Assembly: GCA_903944345.1 (NCBI GenBank)
Contig: CAJARJ010000014.1
Span: 64,990-128,989 of the forward strand
Length of the DNA: 64,000 nt
Source: Candidatus Omnitrophota bacterium
Lineage (GTDB): Bacteria > Omnitrophota > Gorgyraeia > Zapsychrales > Fredricksoniimonadaceae
Direction of reading: 5' to 3'
The notes under the pieces were generated by a model. The model was given only the letters and a program-made list of their open reading frames with translations. It had not been told where the DNA came from and ran no database searches. The stretch's first letter is position 1. Each line of letters starts with the position of its first letter. Made by a program: the position numbers and the translations under genes. Positions 61,215 to 64,000 of this stretch are shown piece by piece.

Positions 61215-62561
61215 TCAAATTGCAACGCTGCCGGAATCCTCGGGCGCATCTTCATCCATGATATCGGCAGACATCAAAACGGAGGCTTCTCCGGCAGGCA
61301 ATTGCTGAACATCCTTGAGTTTGCGTCCAACCATCCTCGAGCGCACCTTGGCTTTCTCGATAGTTTCCGAGGCCTGATTCAGTTTCTTTTGCACATTATC
61401 AAGAATATCGCCGTACTTGGTCCACTCGGTCTTGACTGCGGCCAGCAGATTCCAGACTTCACTGGATCGCTTCTGAATAGCAAGTGTACGAAACCCCATT
61501 TGCAAACTGCTTAGAAGCGACCATAACGTAGTAGGCCCTGCGATAACCACACGATACTCCCTCTGGATAACCTCGGTCAGAGCAGGCCGGCGGACAACTT
61601 CGGCAAACAAGCCTTCGACAGGAAGAAACAAAATACCGAAATCCGTGGTTGCCGGCGGGCTTAGATACTTCTCGGAAATATTTCTGGCGCAAAAACGAAC
61701 ACTGCTTTCCAGCTGTTTGCCAGCCAGTTCCGCACCTTCGATATCTGCCCGCTCCTGGGCCTCGACCAGACGCTGGTAATCTTCAAGAGGAAACTTGGCA
61801 TCCACCGGAAGCCACACTGACTGATCATCGGCGCCACTCTGCCCGGGCAGTTTGATAGCAAATTCAACCCGTTCGGCCCCGCCCTTGGTGGCGACATTGG
61901 CCGCAAACTGATCCGGACCAAGCACCTGGTCAAGCAAGGCTCCCAATTGAACCTCACCCCAGGTGCCGCGTGTTTTAACGTTCGTAAGCACCTTGCGTAA
62001 ATCGCCCACACCGGTGGCTAATACCTGCATTTCCCCCAGGCCTTTATGCACCAGCTCCAGACGATCACTGACCTGCTTGAAGGATTCGCCCAAACGCCTT
62101 TCAAGTGTCCCCTGAAGTTTCTCATCTACAGTCTGGCGCATCTGATCCAGCTGTCTGGCGTTATCGGCCTGCAAGCTTTTTAGTTTTTCTTCGACGGTGG
62201 CTCTGATCAACTCCAGGCGGCGCTCATTGGCTTCGGCCAGCTTGGCCACAGAAGAAGACACGGCCTCAAGCTGAACCTTTTCGGCAGCCGACAAATCTTT
62301 TATGGTACTAACCATCGTTCCGGAAATCTTCTCGAGTGTGGCAATAACTTCTTCCCGCTGCTGCCGCCCGGACTTGTTGTGTTCCTCCCGGCCCAGCAAA
62401 GCTTCTTCCCTGATAACACGCTCAAGACGTTCCTGGGCTTTTTCGAGAGAATCAAAACGTAACAATACCCCAGAGATATCCAGACGGGAAAATCGAACGA
62501 ACACATACAGGAACAAACCCGTTAATAAAACGAGATTAAGGCCAAGCAAAATATTTGTCAT
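61215..62561 (-). CDS. rmuC: DNA recombination protein RmuC
   Basis: TVDEKLQGTLE.RLGESF, VLTNVKTRGTWGE.QL, PVDAKFP, FLPVEGL, LQMGFRTLAI. Confidence 0.95.
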   Translation of the reverse strand: MTNILLGLNLVLLTGLFLYVFVRFSRLDISGVLLRFDSLEKAQERLERVIREEALLGREEHNKSGRQQREEVIATLEKISGTMVSTIKDLSAAEKVQLEAVSSSVAKLAEANERRLELIRATVEEKLKSLQADNARQLDQMRQTVDEKLQGTLERRLGESFKQVSDRLELVHKGLGEMQVLATGVGDLRKVLTNVKTRGTWGEVQLGALLDQVLGPDQFAANVATKGGAERVEFAIKLPGQSGADDQSVWLPVDAKFPLEDYQRLVEAQERADIEGAELAGKQLESSVRFCARNISEKYLSPPATTDFGILFLPVEGLFAEVVRRPALTEVIQREYRVVIAGPTTLWSLLSSLQMGFRTLAIQKRSSEVWNLLAAVKTEWTKYGDILDNVQKKLNQASETIEKAKVRSRMVGRKLKDVQQLPAGEASVLMSADIMDEDAPEDSGSVAI

Positions 62562-62603
62562 AAATTATTCCTCAGGCGAGAACAACGTAACGGCGGCAAA
62601 TCT

Positions 62604-63203
62604 TCAGGAGTAATCCCTCACAACCTGCAAAACTTTGCCAATAATGGAAATATCAGCCGACATAGGGATCGGTGAGAAATCCGGATTGGACGGATCAAGA
62701 AAAAAGTCGGAGCCTCTTCTGGCCAAGCGTTTGATGGTGGCTTCTTCGCCGGCCAGTGCCACAACAATATCGCCGGGCTGGGCATGCTCCTGTTTACGCA
62801 CCAGCACAAAATCGTTTTCCATAATACCGGCATCTTTCATGCTCTGCCCGCGCACCCGCAAAGCAAACACGTCCGGTTCGGGAAATACAAAACGGTCAAG
62901 ATTAAGATAACCCAGAAGATCTTCGGCGGCATAAACCGGCATACCGGCCTGGACACGGCCAAGCACCGGAATCTGAAACAAAGCTTCTTTAACCAGCTCG
63001 ATCGCGCGGGACTTGCCTTCCTGGATACGAATGTAACCTTTTTTAACCAGAGCGCTCAGATGATCGCGCACCGTTCCGGTGGAAGAAAAACCGAAGTGCT
63101 CGCCAATTTCGCGGACAGTCGGGGCCAGCTGTTTGAAACGGATCTGTTCGTAAATAAATTTGAGAACGTCTTTTTGTTTGTCAGTCAGTGTGTTTGTATC
63201 CAT
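62604..63203 (-). CDS. lexA: LexA repressor
   Basis: LTDKQ, PTVREI, HL.AL.KKGYI, cleavage site VQAG, catalytic GQSM and ATIKR. Confidence 0.95.
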   Translation of the reverse strand: MDTNTLTDKQKDVLKFIYEQIRFKQLAPTVREIGEHFGFSSTGTVRDHLSALVKKGYIRIQEGKSRAIELVKEALFQIPVLGRVQAGMPVYAAEDLLGYLNLDRFVFPEPDVFALRVRGQSMKDAGIMENDFVLVRKQEHAQPGDIVVALAGEEATIKRLARRGSDFFLDPSNPDFSPIPMSADISIIGKVLQVVRDYS

Positions 63204-63210
63204 AAAACGT

Positions 63211-63239
63211 ATAATACCGCACGCATGGGTGGATTTCAA
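63211..63239 (-). promoter_or_regulatory. lexA promoter with an internal palindrome (candidate SOS box)
   Basis: TTGAAA-17 nt-TATTAT, 7 nt before the ATG; the spacer contains CCAC-CCATGC-GTGC. Confidence 0.7.
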
Positions 63240-63286
63240 GAGAAAATTGTACTTTCAGGCAAAAGGATTGACGATCCTGACCCCGG

Positions 63287-64000
63287 CTACAGCCTTGTTT
63301 CTATCGTGCCTCTTAGCACTTTCCGGTCAAACAAAGCCAGTTCAGATTTGTCGACCAGAAATCTTTCCACATCCTTCCGGGCGGCATCTATATCCATTCT
63401 CTCGATACGCTCCAGCAGAAATTTCTTGAAACTGCCGGCATCAAGATGAAGATGAGTGCCTTGCGTCTGATAAATCGCATTGTTCAACAGAACCCAGTTC
63501 GGCACAATCCTCTGCCCCAGATACCAGTAAAGATCATAAATATCCCGGCCCTTGGTGTACTGGCGGTAACACAAGGCATGAATTTTTCCGGCAAACAGCG
63601 ACGGAAGGTCGTAATGAACTACATTGCAGATAAATGTTTCTGTCAGCGCGGTATTAGCCAGGCACCAACCCGCCGGCGGATTGAGATCAACTTCCAGCTT
63701 GATCTGCACTTTGCGGCTGACCATCGGGTCAAGTTCAAGCTTCCGGAGTATCCCGGGAAACTTCATCATCAGCCCGTGAACATTGCCATTAATCCTTGGC
63801 TTGCCTTCCATCTCAAGACCGTACAACGCAAACTGCCGGACAAGGGCAGTATTCAGCGAACTTATATCAAACCCTTCCGTGCGCGTGGCAGAAAAATCGA
63901 GATCCTCCGAAAACCTTCTGACGCGGTAAATGATCCTGAGCGCAGTTCCTCCAATAAAAGCCAGCTGTTTAAAAATTCCCCGGTCACCAAGAATTTTAAG
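63287..64000 (-). CDS. AbiEii/AbiGii-family nucleotidyltransferase toxin (type IV TA); 5' end outside the window
   Basis: Frame is open to the window edge: LAFIGGTALRIIY..RRFSEDLDFS, IKLEVD, AGKIHAL, KGRDIYDL. Confidence 0.88.
   Translation of the reverse strand, partial: LKILGDRGIFKQLAFIGGTALRIIYRVRRFSEDLDFSATRTEGFDISSLNTALVRQFALYGLEMEGKPRINGNVHGLMMKFPGILRKLELDPMVSRKVQIKLEVDLNPPAGWCLANTALTETFICNVVHYDLPSLFAGKIHALCYRQYTKGRDIYDLYWYLGQRIVPNWVLLNNAIYQTQGTHLHLDAGSFKKFLLERIERMDIDAARKDVERFLVDKSELALFDRKVLRGTIETRL

Noticed and set aside
1-64000. CRISPR array, rRNA, IS/integrase or prophage
   Set aside because: No regularly spaced repeats, rRNA signatures or transposase/integrase ORFs seen; no duplicated tRNA 3' end (att site) noticed.

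Overview
Bacterial chromosomal window, almost all on the minus strand and mostly about 50% GC. It is a diderm bacterium; a PVC-superphylum/Omnitrophota-like origin is my inference from gene content. Most of it is housekeeping: apt, ppdK, glyQS, panB, mreBCD-mrdA, aroA, lgt/lspA, ileS, mtnP, proC, addAB, metH, recQ, rmuC, lexA and tRNA-Arg(CCT). It also has a cobalamin riboswitch with BtuB-like and BtuM-like uptake genes, a 1500-aa secreted LamG/CBM/GH5/FN3 glycanase and a partial AbiEii toxin. Best candidate for a new system (47.5-51.2 kb): a PhcB-like SAM methyltransferase, resembling the Ralstonia quorum-signal synthase, is translationally coupled to a multi-TM/GAF histidine kinase. Only the synthase and the kinase's membrane sensor half are AT-rich, which looks like a swapped signal/receptor 'pherotype' cassette. 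An orphan structured RNA with a terminator lies upstream. Other notable items: a candidate novel LexA box (GCAC-N6-GTGS) at lexA and recQ, an intact NfnAB-like pair missing most Fe-S ligands, an archaeal-type Hel308 helicase, a sigma factor coupled to an HTH-less LacI sensor, a long cruciform upstream of an atypical ssb, and several apparently leaderless genes. All calls come from motif reading by eye; no searches were run.
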